A DNA stretch of 64,000 nt from Bacilli bacterium (lineage in GTDB: Bacteria > Bacillota_I > Bacilli_A > RF39 > UBA660), in contig JAFUBW010000004.1 in assembly GCA_017459965.1 (NCBI GenBank), positions 13,667-77,666 of the forward strand. Reading direction: 5' to 3'. Made by a program: the position numbers and the translations under genes. Each line of letters opens with the position of its first letter. Positions within the stretch are counted from its first letter, which is position 1. The notes below the pieces were generated by a model. It saw only the letters and a program-made list of their open reading frames with translations. It had not been told where the DNA came from and did not search any database. Positions 56,172-64,000 of the stretch are shown one piece after another.

Positions 56172-56771
56172 TTAATTTTTTAAATATTTTTTATATGCTT
56201 TAATATATTCTAATCCTGAAATTATACATAATACAGTTCCAGCTATTAAAAAGAAATCATCAACTGCTATATTAATAAGTCCGAATGGTAAATTACCAAA
56301 TAATTTAAGTGCAATACCTAACATTAAAAATGTTGTTTTAAATTTACCAGTTATACCTGCTGGTTCAGCTACTCCAGAGGATGCAGCAAGCATTCTAAGT
56401 GAATTAATAACTATATCTCTTATAACAACTACTATTGGAACTATTGGATGAATATAACCATATGCAGATAATATTATTAATACACTATTTACTAAAATTT
56501 TATCTGCTATTGGATCCATTAATTTTCCATAATCAGATATATTATTATATTTTCTAGCTAAGTGTCCATCTAAGAAGTCTGTTATAGAAGATATTATAAA
56601 TAATATACCCACTATTATCATTTTAGTATCTATTATTACTATAGAATTTATTAAATATTTTTTAAAATTTATATTTAACATATTAAATGGAAATAACAAA
56701 ATAAATATAATTATTAAACTTAATATTAATCTTAAATTAGTCAATCTATTTGGTAATTTTTCATTTTTCAT
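56172..56771 (-). CDS. pgsA: CDP-diacylglycerol--glycerol-3-phosphate 3-phosphatidyltransferase
   Basis: CDP-alcohol phosphotransferase motif DFLDGHLARKYNNISDYGKLMDPIADK. Confidence 0.9.
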   Translation of the reverse strand: MKNEKLPNRLTNLRLILSLIIIFILLFPFNMLNINFKKYLINSIVIIDTKMIIVGILFIISSITDFLDGHLARKYNNISDYGKLMDPIADKILVNSVLIILSAYGYIHPIVPIVVVIRDIVINSLRMLAASSGVAEPAGITGKFKTTFLMLGIALKLFGNLPFGLINIAVDDFFLIAGTVLCIISGLEYIKAYKKYLKN

Positions 56772-56778
56772 ATACTAC

Positions 56779-57237
56779 TTACTCCTTATAACTTATTTCT
56801 AAATTATCACTAGATGTATCCTTACTATTATTATAAAATGTAACTACAACAAATGCTATTATAAGCACTGCTAATATAATTCCTAATATCATAGGTAATT
56901 TACTTTTTTCTTTTTCTTGTTTTGTATAAGGAGACATTATTTTATCGTCTTCTTTTTGTTTACTTGCTTTTTCAATATCATCTATTGGTATTTTAGATGT
57001 TGATTCAAATACATATTCATTAAATTCATCAATTATCTCTTCAGAATTTAAACCTAAGTATTTTGAATAATCAGTAATTATACATTTAAGTAAAAATATA
57101 TCTTTAAAACTTTTATAATCACCATTTTCTATCGATTCAAGTTGTGATGCCTTATAATTCAAATCAGTTGCTGCTTCTTCAATACTTACCCCATTTTGAA
57201 TTCTTGTTTCTTTTAATAATTCTCCAATTTCTTTCAA
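56779..57237 (-). CDS. rodZ: RodZ-like HTH membrane protein (short form)
   Basis: XRE-type HTH (ETRIQNGVSIEEAATDLNYKASQLESIENGD) plus a C-terminal TM. It lies upstream of pgsA like B. subtilis ymfM/rodZ. The TTG start at 57237 sits 8 nt after AAGGAG. Confidence 0.6.
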   Translation of the reverse strand: MKEIGELLKETRIQNGVSIEEAATDLNYKASQLESIENGDYKSFKDIFLLKCIITDYSKYLGLNSEEIIDEFNEYVFESTSKIPIDDIEKASKQKEDDKIMSPYTKQEKEKSKLPMILGIILAVLIIAFVVVTFYNNSKDTSSDNLEISYKE

Positions 57238-57261
57238 ATTATTCACTCCTTAATTTATATA

Positions 57262-57612
57262 ATAATTTTTAATAAGCCATGTTCTGTACCTACATAAGTA
57301 GGTGGTAAACATTTATCTATGATTTTCATCATCCTTTAACTTGTTCATTTTCTCATTAAAGGTTCCCCTACCAAAATTTGGGTTTCTCGCTTGCGGAGTT
57401 TACCTCGTTTCACTTTTTTCTTTCGAAAAAATATCGTCACTGCGGCACTTTATAAGTACTTTATCCATAGAATTCCTTAGGATAGTTCCTCGTCGTTAGC
57501 ATATACTACTATAGGTTATTTTTTCCCTATACACAATCACTACTACCATCTCAGGATAGTGCGAGCATGGACTTTCCTCTACATTATAATGCAGCGTTTA
57601 CCTAAAAAATTA
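57262..57612 (-). ncRNA. rnpB: RNase P RNA, type B
   Basis: The minus sense contains GTAGAGGAAAGTCCATGCTCGCAC, AAGTGCCGCAGTGACGA, GGTAAACTCCGCAAGCGAGAAACCCAAATTTTGGTAGGGGAACCTTT and ACAGAACATGGCTTA. These nearly match the B. subtilis RNase P RNA conserved regions as I recall them. The location next to gpsB matches Bacillus. The ends are approximate. Confidence 0.9.
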
Positions 57613-57930
57613 TTATCTTTCATTATATACTATTTTTTCAAGTTCAGATATTCTTCTAAGTAGATCTACATTTGTTACTTCTCTACTAGAATTTTTAACA
57701 ATTTCCATATTTGCTTTAGCATTTCTAAGTTTTTGTTTCAATTCTAAAACTTCGTTATTTAAAGCATCTATTTGAGATTTTTGATCTCTTATAATAGCTT
57801 CATAAGTTCTATAATCACTACTACACATATCTAAAACTTTATCTACTTCTTGAGGTCTGTACCCACGTGCGTCTACTTTAAATTCCCAATTATATATCAT
57901 TTCTGGATTTAATAGTATTTCTTTATTCAT
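57613..57930 (-). CDS. gpsB: cell-cycle protein GpsB (DivIVA-domain)
   Basis: FKVDARGYRPQEVDKVLD DivIVA N-terminal motif followed by a coiled coil. The ATG at 57930 lies 6 nt after GAGGTG. Confidence 0.85.
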   Translation of the reverse strand: MNKEILLNPEMIYNWEFKVDARGYRPQEVDKVLDMCSSDYRTYEAIIRDQKSQIDALNNEVLELKQKLRNAKANMEIVKNSSREVTNVDLLRRISELEKIVYNER

Positions 57931-57948
57931 AACCAACACCTCTAGACA

Positions 57949-57978
57949 ATTATATTAAAAAAATAATATGTTTGTCAA
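57949..57978 (-). promoter_or_regulatory. gpsB promoter
   Basis: The minus sense reads TTGACA, 18 nt, TATAAT. Confidence 0.55.
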
Positions 57979-58244
57979 TTTACATCTATTTACTGCCTTT
58001 TACAGCGTAGTTAACAATAAATCTAATTTACTATCTTCTACTTCTTCAAGCATATTTGTAAAAACATAAATAAGATATAAATTATTCATTTTATTTTTCT
58101 CCTTTAGTATACCATAACATACTCTTTTATTAAATACATTAGTTTCGACAAAGCATATCATAAGAAGACTTTTTTCTATATTTATTTTCATATTTTTTAT
58201 ATTATTTTTGATTAAAATATAGTATAATTATAACTGGTGATATA

Positions 58245-58802
58245 ATGAATTACCCAAATAAAAAAAATAACATAAATAATAATATAATTACTTATAGTAA
58301 TAGAGGTATGGATTTAGAAAGTGATATTAATAATTCTAATAAGTACTATTTAGAAAATGATATTGCGGTTATTTATAAAAAACCTACTCCAATAAAAGTA
58401 GTGAAAGTTAATTACAATAAGAGAATTAATACTAAAATAACAGAAGCTTATTATGAAATACCTTCTACTACAGATTATAATGGCATATATAAAGGAAAAT
58501 ACATAGATTTTGATGCGAAGGAAACTAAAAGTAAAACTTCTTTTCCTTTAAATAATATACATTCTCATCAAATAGATCATTTAATTAAGATTAAAAATCA
58601 TGGAGGCATATCATTTTTAATAATTAAATTTGTAACATTGGATGAAACTTATTTGTTTGAAACTAAATACTTAGAAGAATTTATTAATAATAATGAAAGA
58701 AAATCAATACCATATAATTATATTAAGGAAAACGGATATTTAATTGAATATGGATATTATCCAAGAATTAAATATATTGAAATAGTTGATAAAATTTTAT
58801 AA
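58245..58802 (+). CDS. recU: Holliday junction resolvase RecU
   Basis: NRGMDLESDINNSNKYYLENDIAVIYKKPTPIKVV and ...DFDAKETK... are typical of RecU. It is located upstream of ponA as in Bacillus. Confidence 0.9.
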   Translation: MNYPNKKNNINNNIITYSNRGMDLESDINNSNKYYLENDIAVIYKKPTPIKVVKVNYNKRINTKITEAYYEIPSTTDYNGIYKGKYIDFDAKETKSKTSFPLNNIHSHQIDHLIKIKNHGGISFLIIKFVTLDETYLFETKYLEEFINNNERKSIPYNYIKENGYLIEYGYYPRIKYIEIVDKIL

Positions 58803-58863
58803 AAATATTGTTATTTAAGAATTATTATGTTAATATTTATATAGTATAAAGGTGGTTAAAAGA

Positions 58864-61623
58864 ATGAAGAAAATTAAAATAAGAAATAAAAAAAATAATG
58901 AAACTACACATAAAAGAAAAAGAAAATTTAAGTGGAAAAAATTATTAAGATTACTTTTAAATATATTTCTATTATTCTTACTTGTAGGTTTAATTGGTGG
59001 GATTATATTTGCTATATATATAGTAATGAATGCCCCTAAGTTTAAACCTGAAAATTTATTTAGTACAGAATCATCTGTAATATTAGATAAAGATGGAAAT
59101 CAAGTTGCTAAACTTGGTGTTGAAAAAAGAAAGAATGTTGAATATGATGAACTTCCTCAAGTATTACTTGATGCAATAATTGCAACTGAAGATTCAAGAT
59201 ATATGCAACATAATGGATTTGATTTACCTAGATTCTTTAAAGCATCTGTAGGTCAAGTAATTAATAAAATTACAAGACATGGTAATGCTGGTGGTGGATC
59301 TACATTAGACATGCAAGTTGTTAAAAATAGATATACATCAACTGAAGATTCTGGTTTTGAAGGTATTAAAAGAAAGTTTACTGATATATATATTTCTATA
59401 TTTAAATTAGAGAAGAAATATTCTAAAGAAGAAATAATGGAATTTTATGTTAATATTCCTTTCCTTGGAAATAATGCTTATGGTGTTGAACAAGCTTGTC
59501 AAAGTTATTTTGGTAAAAGTGTATCAGATATTAACTTAAGTGAAGCTGCTGTTATTGCTGGTCTTTTCCAAGCACCTACATCATATGATCCATATAGACA
59601 TCCAGAAGCTGCTGAAGAAAGAAGAAAAACTGTTTTATACTTAATGCAAAGACATGGATATATTACAGAAGAAGAAAGAAAGATGGCAAATAGTATACCT
59701 GTTAAAAGTTTACTTAGACAGTCTAATCCAGAAAGTGATCAAAATGCATATCAATCATATATAAATATAGTTATTGATGAAGTTGAACAAAAAACTGGTA
59801 ATAACCCTTATACAACTGGTATGAAAATATATACTAATTTAGATACCAACAAACAAAACTTATTAAGTGATATTATGGCTGGTAAGACTTGGGCTTGGAA
59901 AGATGATAAAGTTCAAGCTGGTATAGCTATTGTTGATATAAACTCTGGTGCACTTGTAGCAGTCGGTGGTGGTAGAAATCAAACTGGTGAACGTGTACTT
60001 AACTATGCATCTGGTATTAAAAGACAAATAGGATCGTGTGCTAAACCATTATTTGATTATGGTCCTGCATTTGAATATATGGGGGCTTCTGAAGCATCTC
60101 AAGTAGTAGATGCTCCACATACATATTCATCTGGTGTAGCAATTAAAAATGCATCTGGTGGTTATGCTGGACTTCTTACATATAAACAAGCACTAGCTAA
60201 ATCATTAAATATACCAGCTTTAAAGGTATTCCAAAAGAATGATAATGCTAAAGTTAAAGAATTTGTTACTAACTTAGGTATAACTCCTGAAGTTGATAGT
60301 AATGGATATTTACATGAAGCTCATGCACTTGGAGCATTCACTGGTTCTAATCCTGTTGAAATGGCTGGTGCATATTCAGCATTTGCTAATGGTGGATATT
60401 TTGCTAAACCTTATACAACAACTAAAGTTGAATATATTGATACTGGTAAAACTGTAAGTTTAAAATCAAAAAGAAATAGAGTTATGTCTGATTCAACTGC
60501 TTATATGATAACAGATTCATTAAAATATGCTGTTGAACATGAAAGTAATATATATGGTACAGTTAGAGGTGTTGATTTAGCTGCTAAAACTGGTACTTCA
60601 AACTTCTCTACTGAAGCTAGAAGAACATATGGTTATCCATCAAGCGCTAACATGGATATGTGGGTAACTGGTTATACTCCTGAATATGCTGTATCACTTT
60701 GGTATGGTTATACTGAAGCTGAAAGAGGCTATTATTTAGGTAGTGAAGGTTATAGAACTCGTGGTGTATTATTTAGACAAGTAATATCTGGTATATCTGA
60801 TACTAGTGGTACTAAAAAATTTGTAGCACCTAATAGTGTAGTAAAAGCAACTATTGAAAAAGAAACATCACCTTCATTATTACCTAGTGCTAATACTCCT
60901 GGTGATATGAGAGTTACTGAATACTTTAAAAGAGGTACACAACCAACTCAGGCTTCAGCAAGATATAATACACTTCCTAATCCATCAGGTATAAATGCAA
61001 AAGAATCAGGTAATCAAATTGAAATAACTTGGAATGCTGCTAGTAAACCTGCTCAATTAACTGATGAAGCTATTAGGAAATCACTTCAAGATTTATACGG
61101 TAAAAGAGTTGAAGAAGCGCTCGCAGCTAGAAAGGCTGCAGATGGGGAATTTGGTTATGAAGTTATTGCTAAAGATAATGTAACTGGTAGTGAAAAATCT
61201 TTAGGTTTTACAACTGGTACATCTACCAAAACTAGTAAACCTACAAACAATACTACATATATAGTTAGAACATGTATGAGTAATTTAAGAGTTACTCAAA
61301 GTAGTGGTATATCAATTGAAGTAAAAGGAAATGGTAAACAAGAAAAAGAAGAAGATACTAGTTTAATAACACTTCGTTTGATTGATGGTTCTGATAATGC
61401 TGTTATTAATCAAACATATTCAGATCCTGGTGTTACACTTTATGATGGAGGAACTGAAATACCTAGTTCTAATTATTCATTAACAACAACTTGTAGTGAT
61501 GGTTCTTCAAATAAAACAAGTTATACATTCACTCAAGAAGGAGAATATACAATTAAATATACTGCTACATATAATGGAAAAACATATAATCAAAGCAGAA
61601 AAGTAACAGTATCAAGTGAATAA
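58864..61623 (+). CDS. ponA: class A penicillin-binding protein (PBP1A/1B type)
   Basis: Glycosyltransferase motifs (AIIATEDSRYMQHNG, RKFTDIY), transpeptidase SCAKP (SxxK), SGN-like and KTGT motifs, and a long C-terminal extension. The ATG at 58864 follows GGTGG. Confidence 0.9.
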   Translation: MKKIKIRNKKNNETTHKRKRKFKWKKLLRLLLNIFLLFLLVGLIGGIIFAIYIVMNAPKFKPENLFSTESSVILDKDGNQVAKLGVEKRKNVEYDELPQVLLDAIIATEDSRYMQHNGFDLPRFFKASVGQVINKITRHGNAGGGSTLDMQVVKNRYTSTEDSGFEGIKRKFTDIYISIFKLEKKYSKEEIMEFYVNIPFLGNNAYGVEQACQSYFGKSVSDINLSEAAVIAGLFQAPTSYDPYRHPEAAEERRKTVLYLMQRHGYITEEERKMANSIPVKSLLRQSNPESDQNAYQSYINIVIDEVEQKTGNNPYTTGMKIYTNLDTNKQNLLSDIMAGKTWAWKDDKVQAGIAIVDINSGALVAVGGGRNQTGERVLNYASGIKRQIGSCAKPLFDYGPAFEYMGASEASQVVDAPHTYSSGVAIKNASGGYAGLLTYKQALAKSLNIPALKVFQKNDNAKVKEFVTNLGITPEVDSNGYLHEAHALGAFTGSNPVEMAGAYSAFANGGYFAKPYTTTKVEYIDTGKTVSLKSKRNRVMSDSTAYMITDSLKYAVEHESNIYGTVRGVDLAAKTGTSNFSTEARRTYGYPSSANMDMWVTGYTPEYAVSLWYGYTEAERGYYLGSEGYRTRGVLFRQVISGISDTSGTKKFVAPNSVVKATIEKETSPSLLPSANTPGDMRVTEYFKRGTQPTQASARYNTLPNPSGINAKESGNQIEITWNAASKPAQLTDEAIRKSLQDLYGKRVEEALAARKAADGEFGYEVIAKDNVTGSEKSLGFTTGTSTKTSKPTNNTTYIVRTCMSNLRVTQSSGISIEVKGNGKQEKEEDTSLITLRLIDGSDNAVINQTYSDPGVTLYDGGTEIPSSNYSLTTTCSDGSSNKTSYTFTQEGEYTIKYTATYNGKTYNQSRKVTVSSE

Positions 61624-61653
61624 TAAAAAAAGACATATCAATTTGATATGTCT

Positions 61654-62298
61654 TTATTCATTTAACCAATCATAATCATATATTTCTTCTATATATTCAT
61701 CATTGTTATTTTTTTTATGCACTATATCATCAGAAGTTTTATATCCTTTTTTATTCCATTCAAATAGTATTTTATCTATATATCTAATACTAGGTGCATT
61801 ATTTAAAATTGATTCTTTTAAAGCACTTTCAATTAAGTCTTGTGATACATTTCCTTCTATCCATTTACTTATAGTTTCATATTCTACTGGAGATAAAGTT
61901 CTTCCAAATTCTTTTTCTATTTTTGAGTATATATCGTTAGAATTATTACTTTTTTCATTATCTATCATAAATGAATTTATTTTAGCAAAGAACATATCTA
62001 AAGATATATATTCTTCTATTATTTTATTTTCTTTGCTTATTTCTATAGATATATAACCTTTTTCTTGAAGATTATTAATTATTTCTAGTACTTTATTTTG
62101 TTCAATATATAATTCTTGTGATATTTTTTTAGGGTTAAATGTTAATTTTTCTTTATTATTTAAAAAATATAATATCATTATTAATTCATTTAAATCTAAA
62201 TTTAATTTAGATATATATTTTATTAAATAACTAGGTACTATTAAATTATTATTGACTCTTAATAATTCATCTATTAAATTTTTATTCAATATACTCAC
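61654..62298 (-). CDS. dnaD: DnaD-domain replication initiation/remodelling protein
   Basis: Winged-helix-like N-terminal part plus the C-terminal DnaD/DnaB_2 repeat (FGRTLSPVEYETISKWIE...IRYIDKILFEWNKKG). Confidence 0.75.
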   Translation of the reverse strand: MSILNKNLIDELLRVNNNLIVPSYLIKYISKLNLDLNELIMILYFLNNKEKLTFNPKKISQELYIEQNKVLEIINNLQEKGYISIEISKENKIIEEYISLDMFFAKINSFMIDNEKSNNSNDIYSKIEKEFGRTLSPVEYETISKWIEGNVSQDLIESALKESILNNAPSIRYIDKILFEWNKKGYKTSDDIVHKKNNNDEYIEEIYDYDWLNE

Positions 62299-63358
62299 CT
62301 TCTATATAAGAAATAATATTTTCTTTTTTGTTTTGTAATTTATTATACAATAAATGTTTTTCTAAATCTATATATATTTTATTAATAATTGATTTATCAT
62401 TAACTATATTTAAAATTTCTTCATAAGTTATATCTATATCTTTTCTATTTTTTATTATTAAACTATTATATAGTTGGTCTATATCAATATCTAATTTTAA
62501 TATTTTATTTGATTCTTTTACTAAATCAACATTATATTTATAAACAGTATAACTATTTATACCTATGTTTAAAATATCTTTTATAGAATTAATATAATTT
62601 ATTTCATATCTTGAAAAATTATAGTTATCACTAAAATCTAATTGAGCCCATATAGATAAATAATTATTAGTCTCTATAAGCATATTATTAGGCTTTATTT
62701 CAAGAGTTTTATATAAATCAAAGTAATTAATCATATTAAACAGTTTAATTGATTTTGATGCATTAAAAACTATGTTTAATTCTTTTTTTATTCTATCAAA
62801 TGATAAATTGCTTAATAAATGTTTATTATCTATAATAGCTTTTTCTAATTTATTATCAAATTCAAAATCATATATACAATTAAATCTAATTGCCCTTAAA
62901 ATTCTAAGAGAATCTTCTCTTATTTTTTCTCCATCATTACCAATACATCTTAATATTTTATTATTTAAATCATTAATACCATCAACATAATCAATATAAT
63001 TACCATCTTTATCTATTAAAATAGCATTAACAGTAAAATCTCTTCTTTTTAAATCTTCTTTTACATCAGTAATATATGTATAATTATCAGGTCTTCTATT
63101 ATCAATATAATTAGATTCTTTTCTAAATGTAGTAATTTCATATATATAATTATTATACTTAAGTTTAACGCTTCCATAATTAGATTCTAAATGGGTATTA
63201 AAAATATTAGATATTTCTTCTGGTTTTGCACTTGTGATTATATCAATATCATTATTTTCTATACCAAGTAATTTATCTCTTACAAAACCTCCAACTATAT
63301 AAGATTCATAACCCTTATCGCAAAGTATATTTAATATTTCAAGTGCGTAATTATACAT
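62282..63358 (-). CDS. cca: CCA-adding tRNA nucleotidyltransferase
   Basis: GGFVRDKLLG...NDIDI polymerase-beta nucleotidyltransferase motif and RRDFTVNA. The start is either 63358 (after AGGTGA) or 63373. Confidence 0.85.
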   Translation of the reverse strand: MYNYALEILNILCDKGYESYIVGGFVRDKLLGIENNDIDIITSAKPEEISNIFNTHLESNYGSVKLKYNNYIYEITTFRKESNYIDNRRPDNYTYITDVKEDLKRRDFTVNAILIDKDGNYIDYVDGINDLNNKILRCIGNDGEKIREDSLRILRAIRFNCIYDFEFDNKLEKAIIDNKHLLSNLSFDRIKKELNIVFNASKSIKLFNMINYFDLYKTLEIKPNNMLIETNNYLSIWAQLDFSDNYNFSRYEINYINSIKDILNIGINSYTVYKYNVDLVKESNKILKLDIDIDQLYNSLIIKNRKDIDITYEEILNIVNDKSIINKIYIDLEKHLLYNKLQNKKENIISYIEGEYIE

Positions 63359-63420
63359 AATATCACCTACCATTTATATCATTATAACACAAAATAAAAA
63401 GACATATAAATGTCTTTCTA

Positions 63421-63696
63421 TTATTTATTAACTGCTTCTTTTAATTTAGATCCAGCTTTGAATGAAACACTAGTTCTAGCAGCAATTTTAACTACTTCAC
63501 CAGTTCTTGGGTTTCTACCATTTCTAGCTGCTCTTTTTGAAGTTCCGAAAGTTCCGAAACCAGTTAATGTGATTTTATCTCCTTTTTTTAATGTTTCTGC
63601 AACTGAACTCATGAATGCTTCTAATGCACGAGATGAATCTGCTTTAGTTAAACCAGATTTAGCTGCAATTGCTTCGATTAATTCTGCTTTTGACAT
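63421..63696 (-). CDS. hbs: DNA-binding protein HU
   Basis: MSKAELIEAIAAKSGLTKADSSRALEAF...GFGTF...RNPRTGE is canonical HU. Confidence 0.97.
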   Translation of the reverse strand: MSKAELIEAIAAKSGLTKADSSRALEAFMSSVAETLKKGDKITLTGFGTFGTSKRAARNGRNPRTGEVVKIAARTSVSFKAGSKLKEAVNK

Positions 63697-63832
63697 GTTT
63701 TAAACCTCCGTATTCTGTCTTATTAATAAGCATACTATGCTTATAAGTAAAGGATACCATTTTTTTTAATATTTATCAATAGTTTTATGTTAAAAAATAT
63801 GATTTTTTTGTTATAAAATAAAGAAAACTGCA

Positions 63833-64000
63833 TTACGCAGTTTTATTTGTTACAAAATTTTCTAAATTAAAAGGATTCTCTTCATTTTGAGTTAATGGAG
63901 AAATTACTTTAATTTGTGTTTCTGGGTATGATCCAGAGAATATTTGTATAATCTTATTATTAAGTTTTTCTTTTGTAGCTCTTGCGATTTGATTTGGTAC
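63833..64000 (-). CDS. 3' end of an unidentified CDS that starts beyond the window end
   Basis: An open minus-strand frame from the window edge gives VPNQIARATKEKLNNKIIQIFSGSYPETQIKVISPLTQNEENPFNLENFVTNKTA then a stop. The stop is embedded in hairpin AAACTGCGTAATGCAGTTT followed by a T-rich tract. Confidence 0.5.
   Translation of the reverse strand, partial: VPNQIARATKEKLNNKIIQIFSGSYPETQIKVISPLTQNEENPFNLENFVTNKTA

Noticed and set aside
58000-58191. 63-aa minus-strand ORF between gpsB and recU, at the position where Bacillus has ypsA.
   Set aside because: There is no similarity to YpsA and no RBS at the annotated start. An internal 29-aa version (58000-58089, MNNLYLIYVFTNMLEEVEDSKLDLLLTTL) does have AAAGGAG 9 nt upstream. 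That alone is insufficient evidence, so I do not call it.
63410-63703. 97-aa plus-strand ORF.
   Set aside because: It is an exact antisense shadow of the unmistakable HU gene.

Overview
This is a very AT-rich chromosomal segment (by eye about one quarter G+C, not computed) from an endospore-forming Firmicute. It carries about 60 genes, mostly on the minus strand. Core content and local gene order resemble Bacillus/Erysipelotrichia. In order along the window: a spoIIAA-like gene and sigF directly followed by spoVAC-D-E; a tRNA-Cys/tRNA-Gly pair; T-box-controlled gltX and pheST; a compact addBA; polA; sspI; polC; a gerA-type A-C-B germinant receptor operon; rodZ-like/pgsA/recA with a Cheo (LexA) box; gpsB abutting RNase P RNA; recU-ponA; dnaD; cca; and hbs. 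Accessory content falls into several groups. There are two ABC transporter loci with small regulators, a flavodoxin plus cyclophilin-like lipoprotein pair, and PnuC. A tRNA-adjacent islet (14.06-15.8 kb) holds orphan genes and GC-richer structured intergenic elements. A four-gene cell-surface operon (39.1-48.9 kb) encodes a ChW-repeat protein, a Cys-rich 1308-aa adhesin with a thioester-domain-like N terminus and an unusual GPRTG sorting signal, a small anchored protein, and a 1527-aa SdrD-B-domain protein. I saw no rRNA, CRISPR array, transposase, integrase or recognisable defence gene. The most noteworthy observations are these: (1) the sigF locus has no spoIIAB, and its STAS protein appears to carry Glu at the phospho-serine position; (2) the surface operon; (3) direct repeats and a recurring 17-nt box in 3' regions of membrane-protein genes; (4) orphan genes driven by consensus promoters. 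I did not find a clear-cut novel multi-gene system, so candidates carry moderate scores.
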